Source: Savitreella phatthalungensis
Lineage: Eukaryota
NCBI GenBank assembly: GCA_051599415.1
Contig: AP039715.1
Location: 186,001-250,000, forward strand
DNA length: 64,000 nucleotides
Direction: 5' to 3'
Shown in pieces: positions 11,443 through 22,820 of this stretch. The notes beneath the pieces were generated by a model, which was not told the origin of the DNA, did not search any database, and saw only the letters and a program-made list of their open reading frames with translations. A program made the translations under genes and the position numbers. Every line of letters begins with the position of its first letter. Position 1 is the stretch's first letter.

Positions 11443-12867
11443 ATGCCGCGTCGCCGCAGCAATGCGGCGGACAACAGCAACATTCTAGCAATCCGTGCAC
11501 CTCCACACCTCGAACTCTGTCTGGGCTACAACGGCGTCCCAGCAACAAATCCCCGACTGCGCGGTATCGTGGAGGTGCGCGCTCCCGGGGGAGTTCCGAT
11601 CCCGCTTGTGTACATCACTATCTCGTTGCGTGCGCGGGAGTCAATCGCATACGTGCAACCCGGCAGATCCGGGCTAGCTCAAGCAGTCGGCGCTGCCAAT
11701 CAGCGCTACAACCACGACCGCGTCGTCGGCAAAGAGATCCTGCTATGGCAGGTCTCATCCGGTGTCCGCGAAGGGTATGCGGAAGTCCTCAGCATGGACA
11801 TCCCATTCGTCTTCCCGCTCGCCCAGCAGGACGAAGTCGAGTGGATGCAGCAAGCAGATCTTCCCAACACTCAACAGTCCAAGGGCGCTGCACCTCCAGC
11901 ACCCCTCCAACCGCCTGGCCGAGTCATCGATCGTCTGCCCGCAACACTCTCACATCCTTCTCGTTCGACAACCTACGAACTGGTTGCGACGCTGCATTCG
12001 GCGAATGCGCCAGCGCAGCGCAGTGCGATCGAGGTCATTCTTGAACGATTCGATACGCTGCCTAGTTGGGGCATGTTCCGACGACCCCTGCGTGCGGTGA
12101 CGCGCGGTACAGACCACGTGCTCGAAATTGAAGCCACCCTGACAAGGCGATGCGTGGGACCAGGAGAGAGTGTCGTGGTAGATGTCCACGTCCGAGGGAA
12201 CCCCGACTGGCCGGAAAAGGCATCCAAGGTCAAGATCGACCACCTGTCGCTGTCAGTCGAGCAGGAAGTGAGGGCGCGCGTGGAAGAATTCCAAGAGCCG
12301 CTCGTCCGGACGAAGCGCGTGGCGAAAGCCAGGCTGGATATGAGCGGCCTCAAACTCGGCGACCAGGCAAACGGCAGCACCGGTGGCGTCCATCAGCGCA
12401 TCTCCGTACAGATGCCAGGTGGAGCTCTCGGTCAGCGCTCAGCCACAGCCGCCGCAGACATCGATAATCCGATCATCTCCAATACAGACCTACGCACATC
12501 CGTCAACCTTCAGCAGGAAGGGTATCTGGACGCAGACCCATCGACTGTCGCCGGTGCCACACAGAACTTCACCACACGGGCGTTCCTGTACGATGTCGAC
12601 TTTGTCGTGCGGTTGAAGGTGGCGGTGCGGGGTGCGAAAGACGTGTGGGTGAGTATGCCGATCGTCGTCAGTCAGTACGGGTCGAACGAGGCGGAGTCGA
12701 TCTTGGACGCCGTCGAGCAGGCCGTCTACGAGGCGTACGATGACCCACCATTCGTTCCAGGCGTCGATGGAGACATCACCGTCGAGTGGGCAGCCAAGCG
12801 CGTCTCCGGACCAGGAGGTATCCCACGTCCACCGGAGAGTCCCTCCAAGCGCGTCCTTATGGACTAG
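11443..12867 (+). CDS. fungal arrestin-like domain protein
   Basis: GYNGVPATNPRLRGIVEVR, VLSMDIPFVFPL, LPATL..PSRSTTYELVATL, ERFDTLPSWGMF and GPGESVVVDVHVRGNPDW match a conserved fungal arrestin-fold family. Confidence 0.7.
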   Translation: MPRRRSNAADNSNILAIRAPPHLELCLGYNGVPATNPRLRGIVEVRAPGGVPIPLVYITISLRARESIAYVQPGRSGLAQAVGAANQRYNHDRVVGKEILLWQVSSGVREGYAEVLSMDIPFVFPLAQQDEVEWMQQADLPNTQQSKGAAPPAPLQPPGRVIDRLPATLSHPSRSTTYELVATLHSANAPAQRSAIEVILERFDTLPSWGMFRRPLRAVTRGTDHVLEIEATLTRRCVGPGESVVVDVHVRGNPDWPEKASKVKIDHLSLSVEQEVRARVEEFQEPLVRTKRVAKARLDMSGLKLGDQANGSTGGVHQRISVQMPGGALGQRSATAAADIDNPIISNTDLRTSVNLQQEGYLDADPSTVAGATQNFTTRAFLYDVDFVVRLKVAVRGAKDVWVSMPIVVSQYGSNEAESILDAVEQAVYEAYDDPPFVPGVDGDITVEWAAKRVSGPGGIPRPPESPSKRVLMD

Positions 12868-12994
12868 AGGGCGCGCAGACCACATTACCGCTGTATCAAT
12901 CTGACGTGACAATCACACATGGACAATAACATTGACGATGATGATGAGTTGGAGCGTAATGTATCAATATCTTCACTTCTAAAGAGACCTTTGA

Positions 12995-13780
<786 letters not shown>

Positions 13781-14099
13781 TCAGTGATCGATTGATTGAG
13801 ACTGTCCGTGAGACGTGTGTGAGTGAGAATGACTGTGAGCTGTATGCGTGTGTGTATGTATGATTGATAAATGATATAGGAGTGTCCGTGTTGACTTGTG
13901 TAGAGGGAAGCTGATATGAGGGACGTGTTCATCCCTTTGACATGGGGTATCCTTGATCCTCGTTGCCCTCTGCGCTCATCCTGCATTCGATCGATCGATC
14001 GATCAATCAATCATGCATCTGCATATCAAATATGATATCGACAGAGACACAATTGATGAAATGCACAAATTAAATGCAGAAACTGATTCAGCAAAAAAT

Positions 14100-14101
<2 letters not shown>

Positions 14102-14130
<29 letters not shown>
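14102..14130. repeat. (AC)n microsatellite
   Basis: About 14 perfect AC units in the DPM1/ULP1 divergent intergenic region. Confidence 0.9.
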
Positions 14131-14135
<5 letters not shown>

Positions 14136-14260
14136 ACGCACATCACAGTACAGGATACTACACTACACAACCCTCTCTCTCTCTCTTACTCTCTCACGTA
14201 CCTGATCCCCTTGAAGATAAGCGAAGAAGTCTATGAGGTACGCTTGAGGAAGATGTACAG

Positions 14261-16318
14261 ATGAACTCGACCTCAAGCGCCTCAGGTGAATCAACTGAAA
14301 AGCATCTCATTCAATCCAAGCGCGACTACAAAACAGCCTTTCATTCTGGCCATGACGGACATCAGGCAACATCATCATCATCAACAGACAACAATACCAC
14401 AGTTCCACCACAATCCTCAAGTTCAATCATGACTGAGTCCTCGAAATCTGCTCCTCAAACAGCGCAAATCTCTACCCTGAATCCCAACAACAGCGTCGGT
14501 CTCGTGACATCCATCTGTGGCTATCTGGTAGACAAAGTCACAAGCGCCAGAACATGGCTCCTCGGCGGTGCTTCCTCTTCTGACAATAGCAAGAGACCCA
14601 CATCTAGCGTCAGACAGGTAAAGCATAAGCGACCTCGCGCTCTGAAGCCCGGTGAAACGCTCGAGCAAGCAGCTGAGCGCCGTAGACGCAGAAAAGAACG
14701 GAAACTTGCCGAAGAGCAGCACCGTTCACACCTGACCTCGCGCGGCACAACAGCCAACACAGCACACACAGATGACTCGACTCGCGCAGTCATCAATGCT
14801 AGCATATATCCCACAAAGCGCGACATACCCGTCCACAAACCTGCGTTCCCTTCAACACCCCAGCCAGTCGTCCGGTCTCGGAAGGTCTCCGACCAGCGAC
14901 AACTGCAAGCACGTCTAGCCAAGACGATGGATCTTGACTCACAGATGAATGGTCTCTCCCTTAGATTTGACGGTGCACTATCAAAAGCGTCCCCAACAGC
15001 TCGTGATGCGCTCCAGAATCGGACCCGGGGATTTGACAGGCGGTCCTTGCGAGACGCAGATGCAGTATTGAATCGACTGCGCCCTCACGACGCGCGGATC
15101 AACAAAGGAGGAGTAGCAGCAAACATACCAGGTCGCCTTTCCCGATATCCTACAACAATGAAGCTCCAGTCACCAGCACAAGCTTCACCACTCACAGGCT
15201 TCCGCTCGCCGGGCGTCACCTACCGTCCACCCACCGCAGGCTACAACCCATTCAAGACAAAGAACGCGTCAAACAAGCTCAAGCCGCTGCCACCGGGACG
15301 CACGATCGAGCAACTGCTCGACTCTCTCCAGCAGCAGCATCAGGACAAATATGAGTGGAATCGCATCCGACAAGAGCAAGCGGCTCGCGACAAGGCGATC
15401 GAGGCACGACGCGTCGCAGAAGAGGCTAAGAAGCAGGCAGCTCGGCGTGTACGCCGTTCAATCCCGGAGGAAGTTGAGCTGCGTGCAAGGCACCTGCTCG
15501 AGACAAACCTCCGGCATATGGATGCGTCTGATGACGACGTGGTCGCCGAAGGCTTCAACCTGTCCATCACCGTCCACGACATCTTCACCCTTCGTCCAGG
15601 CCAGTGGCTGAACGACGAAGTCATCAACTTTTGGCTCAACTTGATCAAGCAGCGTTCCGATGACGCTCTCGATGCATCATCCCCACGCCACAAGGATGCG
15701 GTCGCGCGAGCTGTTGCAGGTCGACTGCCTGCAGACAAGACTGGACCTTTGAAAGTGCACTGTTTCAACACCTTCTTCTACCCATCGCTGAGCAAGTCCG
15801 GGTACAGTGGCGTGAAGCGATGGGCTCGGAAGGCCAAAGTGGAAATCGGCCGATGTGACGTGGTCCTGGTGCCGGTACACCTCGGGGTGCACTGGTGTAT
15901 GGCTGCGATCAACTTGCGTCGGCGCAGATTCGAGTACTGGGACTCACTGCACGGCTCGCCTGGCAACATCTTTTCCCGCCTGCGCGAGTACCTTGCAGGC
16001 GAGTGGCCAAACTTCCAAGCTGATGAGGCAGCCCACGGCCGCTTCACCGACTTTGCAGCCTCGAAAAGCTATCATCCAGGCGACGCAGCCAATTTACACG
16101 ATCCTGTCACCCACCGCACGGGCAACTTGCCAACGAGCGGCAAAGTGAGGGACGGCACACATGCACCGAGCCAGCGTAACGGCTACGATTGCGGCGTATT
16201 CGCAAGCCGGATGGCAGAGTGTATCGCTCGCGGAGTCGACCCGGATTTCGATCAGGCAGACTGCGAAGACTTGCGTCTGCGCATGGCTGCAAGTATCCTA
16301 GATGGCAGCATCTACTGA
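14261..16318 (+). CDS. ULP1: SUMO protease Ulp1 (peptidase C48)
   Basis: WLNDEVINFW, FNTFFY, VPVHLGVHW (His), FEYWDSL (Asp) and QRNGYDCGVF (Gln/Cys) after a long low-complexity N-terminus. Exact start uncertain. Confidence 0.92.
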   Translation: MNSTSSASGESTEKHLIQSKRDYKTAFHSGHDGHQATSSSSTDNNTTVPPQSSSSIMTESSKSAPQTAQISTLNPNNSVGLVTSICGYLVDKVTSARTWLLGGASSSDNSKRPTSSVRQVKHKRPRALKPGETLEQAAERRRRRKERKLAEEQHRSHLTSRGTTANTAHTDDSTRAVINASIYPTKRDIPVHKPAFPSTPQPVVRSRKVSDQRQLQARLAKTMDLDSQMNGLSLRFDGALSKASPTARDALQNRTRGFDRRSLRDADAVLNRLRPHDARINKGGVAANIPGRLSRYPTTMKLQSPAQASPLTGFRSPGVTYRPPTAGYNPFKTKNASNKLKPLPPGRTIEQLLDSLQQQHQDKYEWNRIRQEQAARDKAIEARRVAEEAKKQAARRVRRSIPEEVELRARHLLETNLRHMDASDDDVVAEGFNLSITVHDIFTLRPGQWLNDEVINFWLNLIKQRSDDALDASSPRHKDAVARAVAGRLPADKTGPLKVHCFNTFFYPSLSKSGYSGVKRWARKAKVEIGRCDVVLVPVHLGVHWCMAAINLRRRRFEYWDSLHGSPGNIFSRLREYLAGEWPNFQADEAAHGRFTDFAASKSYHPGDAANLHDPVTHRTGNLPTSGKVRDGTHAPSQRNGYDCGVFASRMAECIARGVDPDFDQADCEDLRLRMAASILDGSIY

Positions 16319-16406
16319 GCAACCTAACCCACTCACACGTAAACGTCATGTCATGTACATTAGTGAGAGAGAGGCAGATATGAGACAGGCGGCGGGGGTT
16401 CCCTCT

Positions 16407-16763
16407 TCAGACTGTGTATGTCAGTATCGTTTTCAAGTGCTTGTGATGTACGAATATAGTCTTACCATCGAGGAAGTCTGCAGCGACGAGCAAGTTGAGC
16501 GCGTACTCCGGCTCGACCTCGAACTTTGGCACTTCTTTTGCGTCTTTGTACCGAAGGTGAAAGTAAAGATAATCGCACACCCTCTCCAGCAATACCCCTT
16601 CAATCGATTCAAGCGTCACTTTGCCCGTCCTACCTTCACTGAATCCACTACCGAGCATCTGTCGTAACGTCCCGCTGACCATGCAAGCTTCCCGTGACAC
16701 AACGTAGCTGAAATTGTCACTTGACGTTAGCGTCACCCACGCGGACGCAGAGTCGTCTGCCAT
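16407..16763 (-). CDS. ELC1: Elongin C; join(16763..16466,16411..16407), 54-nt intron
   Basis: VTLTSSDNFSYVV.RE..SGTLRQML...FSE...LLVAADFLD. The intron 16465-16412 has GTAAGA / TACTGAC / CAG; splicing gives a 100-aa protein ending DFLDV*. Confidence 0.93.
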   Translation of the reverse strand: MADDSASAWVTLTSSDNFSYVVSREACMVSGTLRQMLGSGFSEGRTGKVTLESIEGVLLERVCDYLYFHLRYKDAKEVPKFEVEPEYALNLLVAADFLDGKTIFVHHKHLKTILTYTV

Positions 16764-17119
16764 CTTCCTCAGCCTCTCAGGATTCCAGCTCAATTGTCGA
16801 CCACGCCAAACCTTTGATCACTTCCCGTTGCCCTGACTGAGTTTGCGTGAAAACGGTGGAAGATGGTTGGGGATCGATGACGAGACGCGGGTGCATCCGC
16901 GTGCATCCTTTACACACAAATTCAAATGTTACGCAGCGGCTGCCCCTCCAATTTCCACAACCTCAAAGGACTACACGTCAACAATCAACACGCCCTCCTC
17001 AACCCCGCTCTTATCTCTTTTACACTCTTTCTCTCTCCCACACTACCACATCCAGGCACGTCTGCATATACATCCCGAATCTCCCTCCTGCAAAGGGCAA
17101 AACACTGTAACAGCTCTCC

Positions 17120-18328
17120 ATGTCACGACGTCCAAAATCACGTAGACCAGCAGTCGATATCGGTCTAGCTGTTGGCGCTGTAGCGTTGACTGCTTTTGCG
17201 GCTAGCGCGGTCTTTTACATGTATCATCAAGGCGAGGATGATCCTTCCACTCCAGGGGCAGAGTCTCCAGCAGTCGACGACGCAGTCACTCGCACTTCTA
17301 TAGTCACGCCTAGCGCCGTCTTCAAGCGACCGGCCGTACGCAAGAGCGGCAGCAGGCATCGGCGCAGACGGATCTTCGTAGCTGCCGGCAGCGTCGATGA
17401 GATCACAGCGCTCCTGCCTGACGATGCGGCGATCTACGATGATGTCTATGTCGCACTCTACTGCGGCGCCGGCGCATCGCGCCAAACAGGCTCACGCACC
17501 CCAGGCGGCGGAGCCGCAATCAGTGGCCAATCGTCTCGCTTTGCTTCCCGCCGCGGTTCGACCTCGCGTCCAGAGAACGCACCACTTCATGGCCTTACGA
17601 GTCGCTCGACAGAGAATGAGCATGCGATCGCGAGCGGTCTTCAGACCCCTCGCCACCAGCACCTCCAGGATGATGATCCTTCCTCCCGAAGATCCTCCCT
17701 GGCTTCGCGTCTCTCTGCCTCGCTCACATCCCTCGCGAACGATCCGCCTGAACTGCGGTCGTACATGTGGTCTTCTGCTCATCACTTCCCGACCGAGCAA
17801 CAGCGCTTCCAGTCTGAGCTTTCCTCTCGCAAAGGCACACTTTTCACCCACGTCCTCTTCCACGAGACTCGTCAGGGCGCAATCCACCTAGCTCGCCACC
17901 TCGGTCCACTCGACCTCGTCATCATCTGCAGGTCGATGTGCCCTGCGCACGTCCACGCAAGCAAACTGCGCGACCGCCTGTCTAAGCGATTCAGCTCGAC
18001 CGCCAGCCTAACGGGCATGCATGCCGACGCCCTTCTCGCAGACCCGTCTCAGCACGCACCACCGACATCACCTCCAGTCTTCGACCCGCCTGAAGACTAC
18101 GACCCAGCGAGAGATCTGAGCAAGTGGTCACGCCGCGTGGTGCTGCTGTCACGGAAGCGGTCACCGACAGGTGGTGGTGCTGGCGTGTCACGAAGGAACT
18201 CGATGTCTGCGAATGCTGCTGCTGCTGCAGCAGCAGCCGAGGATGATGTGTCAGGGACGCCAGCGAACGTGCGGTACATCTCAGAGAACGCGTACGAGGA
18301 TGTGTACGAAGTCGCGCTAGCCGCTTGA
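17120..18328 (+). CDS. N-terminally anchored membrane protein, possible Pex22-like peroxin
   Basis: Basic N-terminus, one TM helix (IGLAVGAVALTAFAASAVFYMY) and an internal HVLFHETRQGAIHLARHLGP segment resembling the Pex22 soluble-domain motif. Coding status is solid; the function call is tentative. Confidence 0.5.
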   Translation: MSRRPKSRRPAVDIGLAVGAVALTAFAASAVFYMYHQGEDDPSTPGAESPAVDDAVTRTSIVTPSAVFKRPAVRKSGSRHRRRRIFVAAGSVDEITALLPDDAAIYDDVYVALYCGAGASRQTGSRTPGGGAAISGQSSRFASRRGSTSRPENAPLHGLTSRSTENEHAIASGLQTPRHQHLQDDDPSSRRSSLASRLSASLTSLANDPPELRSYMWSSAHHFPTEQQRFQSELSSRKGTLFTHVLFHETRQGAIHLARHLGPLDLVIICRSMCPAHVHASKLRDRLSKRFSSTASLTGMHADALLADPSQHAPPTSPPVFDPPEDYDPARDLSKWSRRVVLLSRKRSPTGGGAGVSRRNSMSANAAAAAAAAEDDVSGTPANVRYISENAYEDVYEVALAA

Positions 18329-18360
18329 AAACTTAGAGAAAAAGGTTGTAGTCATTAGGT

Positions 18361-20217
18361 CTATTCTAACATCTCCGCCTTCAGCCAACCCTTCAGCAGT
18401 CTTACAAGCCTCTCTTCCGCGTCCGTCGTCTCCGCGAACGCAGCCTGATACAGAGCTGCCTTGTCGACGAGCGCTCTCATCAATGTCACTTTCGTGCATC
18501 CCAGTGCGTCGTAGACTTGCTTCTTCAGGGCTTTGCCATCGAGGAGTGGCTTGCCTGCGAGTGTGGGCACAATGTCCGGGTACGTGTCATTGAGTTTCTT
18601 GGCGAGGAATACAAATGGCTTCGTCTTCGAGTCACACCCCGCATACACACCAGTCTGGCACGATACCCACAGAGCCAGCTCCCACGTCCCAACACCAAGC
18701 GTCTTCACCATCCGTCCAAGCACCAGCCGCTCACGCTCCACCTCCGACAGATCCTCAAACGCCGCGTTCCCTGGCACCACAATCTCGCAGGATCCATTGA
18801 ATGTCAGCTCTGGTAGTGCCTTTTTCACGGACAGCTCGGCACCGGTAGGTGGGGTCGTGGCATCGGTTGCCCGGGTTGGTGGCGGGAAGAGTGCTCTGAC
18901 GAGGAGATCTGCTGAATTTGGGAGTTTGAGCCTGTCTCTGACGATGAATGAGGGGAGCGGATCTCTGGCTCCGCGCTTGTTGGGTGGGAGGAGGTCGTGT
19001 GCGTATGGCAGCAACGCAATCGCCAGCCATAATCGCCCATCTTTCATGTATCCTGCCAGCGCTTCGGCCACCTCTCCTTCGAGCGACCCCATCGCCTCCG
19101 TCACTCGATCAAACCATGCATCCTCCCTTTCCTCCCCGTCCGCATTCGCAACAGGGTGGAACACGATCGGGTACAGGCCACGTGAGTGAAGTGCGAGGAT
19201 GGCTCTGGCCGGATCGATTCCGTTCAGCATTTTGCCGACCTCTATCCCGATTCTTTCCCGGACAACTTTTCTGTCCAGTGCAGCTTGGACTTCCGGTGTG
19301 GCCATGGTCGCAAACGTGTCCTCGTCAATCTCGAAGCGAAACTGTGAAGCGAACCTCAAGCACCTCAGCACTCGCAGCGGGTCATCCAAAAATGTCTGCC
19401 GCGGCGCCAACGGCGTCCTGATCATTCCACCGCGCAAGTCCTCCAACCCACGACCGGTCGGGTCTTCGACCTCACCCGTCTGGACGTTGTAGTATAGCGC
19501 GTTCATCGTGCAGTCGCGACGCTCTGCGTCCTGCTCGAGTGTGCCAACCCCTGTGGCTGACGGTGTACGCGTGTCGCCAGAGTCCGCGTACGTTTCTGTT
19601 CGGAGCTGAACGAAATCGCACTCGATCTTCCCCCCGAATCTGGCGGTGGCGGTGTCCAGGTGCTTGGACTTCTCTGGGTTCGCCAAGATCTTCGCGACCG
19701 TCGTCGACGAAGCCTCACCCACTTCAGGGTGTGTCCTACCCACCCATCCCATGAACGCAACCGCAAACTCGTGTCCCGAGATCGTAGACACAGCAATGTC
19801 GATATCGTGTGAAGGCTTACCCAAGATCTTGTCACGCACCCACCCGCCAGCATACCGCACTTCCACATCGGGGTCGCCGAAGACGCCTGGCGTCGAGATC
19901 GCCTCACGCAGCAGGTCTGTGAGTTGTTGCTCGCCCTCGTCAAGCTCTAGCTTGGGTTTGGGTTGGTCTGCCATTTTGTAAGGTCTGTTTGGGGAGTCTG
20001 CGAGGGGTACTCTGCCTGTGGAGATGGAGGAGAGGGAACTTGAGCGAGCTGAGCCTGTGATAAGACGCTTGTCGGCAGTGAACTTCCACGTCCGTACACC
20101 GCAGTCAATAGCTCTAGATAGTGAGGTACTCTGTTCAAACTTCCTTTTCATCAGCAGTGACAGCGGCAACGAATACGTCCGTCGACCTGCAGAGCGAGTG
20201 ACAGCGCCTATGCGCAT
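18361..20217 (-). CDS. CCA1: class II tRNA nucleotidyltransferase (CCA/CC/A-adding)
   Basis: AGGWVRDK..DIDIA, NPEKSKHLDTAT, DFVQLRTETY, DAERRDCTMNALYYN and FLDDPLRVLRCLRFASQF. In-frame ATGs at 20217, 20151 and 19974. Confidence 0.92.
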   Translation of the reverse strand: MRIGAVTRSAGRRTYSLPLSLLMKRKFEQSTSLSRAIDCGVRTWKFTADKRLITGSARSSSLSSISTGRVPLADSPNRPYKMADQPKPKLELDEGEQQLTDLLREAISTPGVFGDPDVEVRYAGGWVRDKILGKPSHDIDIAVSTISGHEFAVAFMGWVGRTHPEVGEASSTTVAKILANPEKSKHLDTATARFGGKIECDFVQLRTETYADSGDTRTPSATGVGTLEQDAERRDCTMNALYYNVQTGEVEDPTGRGLEDLRGGMIRTPLAPRQTFLDDPLRVLRCLRFASQFRFEIDEDTFATMATPEVQAALDRKVVRERIGIEVGKMLNGIDPARAILALHSRGLYPIVFHPVANADGEEREDAWFDRVTEAMGSLEGEVAEALAGYMKDGRLWLAIALLPYAHDLLPPNKRGARDPLPSFIVRDRLKLPNSADLLVRALFPPPTRATDATTPPTGAELSVKKALPELTFNGSCEIVVPGNAAFEDLSEVERERLVLGRMVKTLGVGTWELALWVSCQTGVYAGCDSKTKPFVFLAKKLNDTYPDIVPTLAGKPLLDGKALKKQVYDALGCTKVTLMRALVDKAALYQAAFAETTDAEERLVRLLKGWLKAEMLE

Positions 20218-20443
20218 TCCCCTGCCATCATCGGTCCGGATATGGCCTGCCTTCGCTCTGATGATGATTGCTAAGGATCTTGTAGGGTCGTCAAACGTCA
20301 CTCGTCACTTTTCCTGCATCCGCTGATGTTCTGAGGAAAAGTTACGACGGTAGCCTCGCTGTTGTGTATGAGAATGCATGAGGATGGGAATGTCATTAAA
20401 TTTAGCCTCGCTATGATGAGTGCAAGCGTTTTGGTTCATTTGA

Positions 20444-22606
20444 CTAGATCTTCTGAGTCGCCGCCAGTGCTTCCTTCAACATAGTTTTGAGCTCTGCTAC
20501 CTCCTTCTGCAGATCGTCAAGACGCTGTTTCAAGGCTTCGTCAGGAGGTGCTGTTTTGCTGTCTGTCTCACACAGCATCACGCCTGTGTCTAAACCATCT
20601 GCTTCGTTCTCGTCGAGTGCGCTTTCCACATCGCTGCTCTGGCGGCGATGATTGGTTGTGGCAGGAGCTTCATTTGCGGTATGCGCGCGGACGAGCGATG
20701 AGCCTCTCGAGAAACGTGCTGTCGATGGTGAGAGAAGACCGGCGTCTGCAGGTTGATCGCCGCCTGTCGATGCTGTCCCGGGGTTGGGCGTGACATCGAG
20801 CAAGTATGACATACGCTTCCTGAAGTGCACACCATTCGCACCAGCCCTCCTCAAGCCTCGCTCAACGGCAGCTTGCGCTTCTCGCCGACGCCGTGCATCA
20901 CTCGCATCAGGAGCAAACCAGGATCGCTCGTACAGAGAAAGGCATAGGACAAATGGCGCATGAGTTGTCTTGAGGATTGCGACTTTCAGCTTGCGCATCG
21001 TCGGGTGATTTGACGGAAGAATCAGTCTGAGCGGTCTCACCAATACCAGCGATAAGAGGTTGAATGGCGGCATCAAACGAACTGTATGGTCAGACTTGCT
21101 GGCTTCGAGGCAAGTCGTTGTGAAGAGGAAAAGATACTCCTCCCGAGCATTGTCCATAACCTGTGCGAACGAGTTTGATAGAACAGAAATAAGTGCGGTG
21201 GTAAGCAGCATCTGAGAGAACGTCACAAAGATGAGCATGAGTGGGGGACCAAGGACTGGATGAATGTTTGACTGGATGTCAAATCCGAGATAAGAGGAGC
21301 CGTAGAAGATCCGGACGAGCAGCCAAGCAATTTCGCCGACGCCATAGTGCTCACGACCCAGGATTGCGAAGGTGACTAGAAATCCTGTGTACATGGCGAA
21401 GACGAGAACGACGAACTTACAGAAGTCTGCGGCCAGGCGCTTTAGGCATGGGAACAAGGTTCCGAACCACGGACTCAGGGATAGGAAACTGAAAAGCCGC
21501 GGAACAAGCAGGACGCCTGCAAGCGACAGAACGTCGTAACTCCTAGCGACAAGATCGACGTCCGCTCGCGCAATGCCGATACAGCGGAGGATGATCCAGA
21601 CGACAGCGACTGCAGCGATGGAAATGTCGATGTAATTGAAGAATTGTGCAAAGTAGAATGCGCTCTGTCCAGCTTCGCGAAACTGATCCCACTCATTGTA
21701 GCCGAAGCCGAGGAACAGAAGACCCAGGACGACCTCAACAGCGCCGAGATACCTGTACTCTCGATCCCAGACCACGAATAGGTAGAGAAGCAGGAGGACG
21801 AGGAAATTGAAAGACTCGATGCAGTAGTTGTACTTCGGCACGCGCAGTCTTGCAAAGTTCCAGAAATGAGCTTGCTGCGCCTTGCGAGTGTCGTAGTACT
21901 GGGCGCGCTTTGTCTCTGACGAGGTGATGCGAGACCAGAAGATGATATCGCCGTGCCAGATCTGCGAGACGATGTCCTGGCAGGTCTGAGAAGCGATGAA
22001 GTGCTTCGCGTCTGCAACGATCGCCACTTCGAGCGCTGTCAGTGAGTCGCGATCTCCTACACGTTCGCCACTGTAGATCTCCGGGCGGGTCCGGGTATTG
22101 ATGGAGAGGAGGGGTGTGCGCTCGACCACGTTTGAGTTGAGCTGTGAGCTTGGCGTGTTGTCGACTTCTTCCGGGGAAGAGTCCGGTGGTAACGGTACAG
22201 CACGGAAATCATTGGTAAGACTTGCTAGGAGCTTGTCTGCATCATAGGTTCTGAGAATGCGCATGGCCGCGATCTCGCACGCAAACCCTCTTGAACCATC
22301 AACACTGCGGTCATCGTGAGCTGCCTTGGCAGCATACTGCAGCTTACAATAGAGGATGGCGAAGACTAAGAATAGCTCATTGCAAGTTTTGAGCTCATCG
22401 ACGAAGAGTTTGAGAGGTTCAAGCGTGCGCAATTGTTCGAAAGTGTAAGGACCGTCGACGATCTTTGAGAAGCGGTGAGCAAGGTGTTGGACGAGGTCTG
22501 GACAATTGTCTGGCCAGGAGTAGGACGCTGTATGTTTGTGAGAAGATGCATCAGGCCTCTTAGCAGGTGTACCAGGACGCGACCAGGTCCTCTCTGATGG
22601 TGCCAT
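20444..22606 (-). CDS. YVC1: TRP-family vacuolar cation channel Yvc1/TRPY1-like
   Basis: ALEVAIVADAKHFIAS, IWHGDIIFW, LRVPKY, multiple TM helices with VPRLFSFLSLSPWFG, HPVLGPPLMLIFV, LISVLSNSF and PPFNLL; C-terminal coiled coil. Confidence 0.9.
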   Translation of the reverse strand: MAPSERTWSRPGTPAKRPDASSHKHTASYSWPDNCPDLVQHLAHRFSKIVDGPYTFEQLRTLEPLKLFVDELKTCNELFLVFAILYCKLQYAAKAAHDDRSVDGSRGFACEIAAMRILRTYDADKLLASLTNDFRAVPLPPDSSPEEVDNTPSSQLNSNVVERTPLLSINTRTRPEIYSGERVGDRDSLTALEVAIVADAKHFIASQTCQDIVSQIWHGDIIFWSRITSSETKRAQYYDTRKAQQAHFWNFARLRVPKYNYCIESFNFLVLLLLYLFVVWDREYRYLGAVEVVLGLLFLGFGYNEWDQFREAGQSAFYFAQFFNYIDISIAAVAVVWIILRCIGIARADVDLVARSYDVLSLAGVLLVPRLFSFLSLSPWFGTLFPCLKRLAADFCKFVVLVFAMYTGFLVTFAILGREHYGVGEIAWLLVRIFYGSSYLGFDIQSNIHPVLGPPLMLIFVTFSQMLLTTALISVLSNSFAQVMDNAREEYLFLFTTTCLEASKSDHTVRLMPPFNLLSLVLVRPLRLILPSNHPTMRKLKVAILKTTHAPFVLCLSLYERSWFAPDASDARRRREAQAAVERGLRRAGANGVHFRKRMSYLLDVTPNPGTASTGGDQPADAGLLSPSTARFSRGSSLVRAHTANEAPATTNHRRQSSDVESALDENEADGLDTGVMLCETDSKTAPPDEALKQRLDDLQKEVAELKTMLKEALAATQKI

Positions 22607-22820
22607 AGCAATCTTACGATGGAAAGGCAGAGCTCATCTGACTGGGACTTGCTAGTAGTAGTAGCGTAAGGAAATCCCTAGACAGCGATCGGCTTGATAT
22701 ATACTTACTTCCTGATAGAGCAGAGACGACGATGACTGGAAAGTGATGCTGACTTGGAGGAGGGTGATGGTGATACGCGCCAAGGGTGGGTATGTATTGT
22801 GTGAGAGTCTGTGTGTGTTG

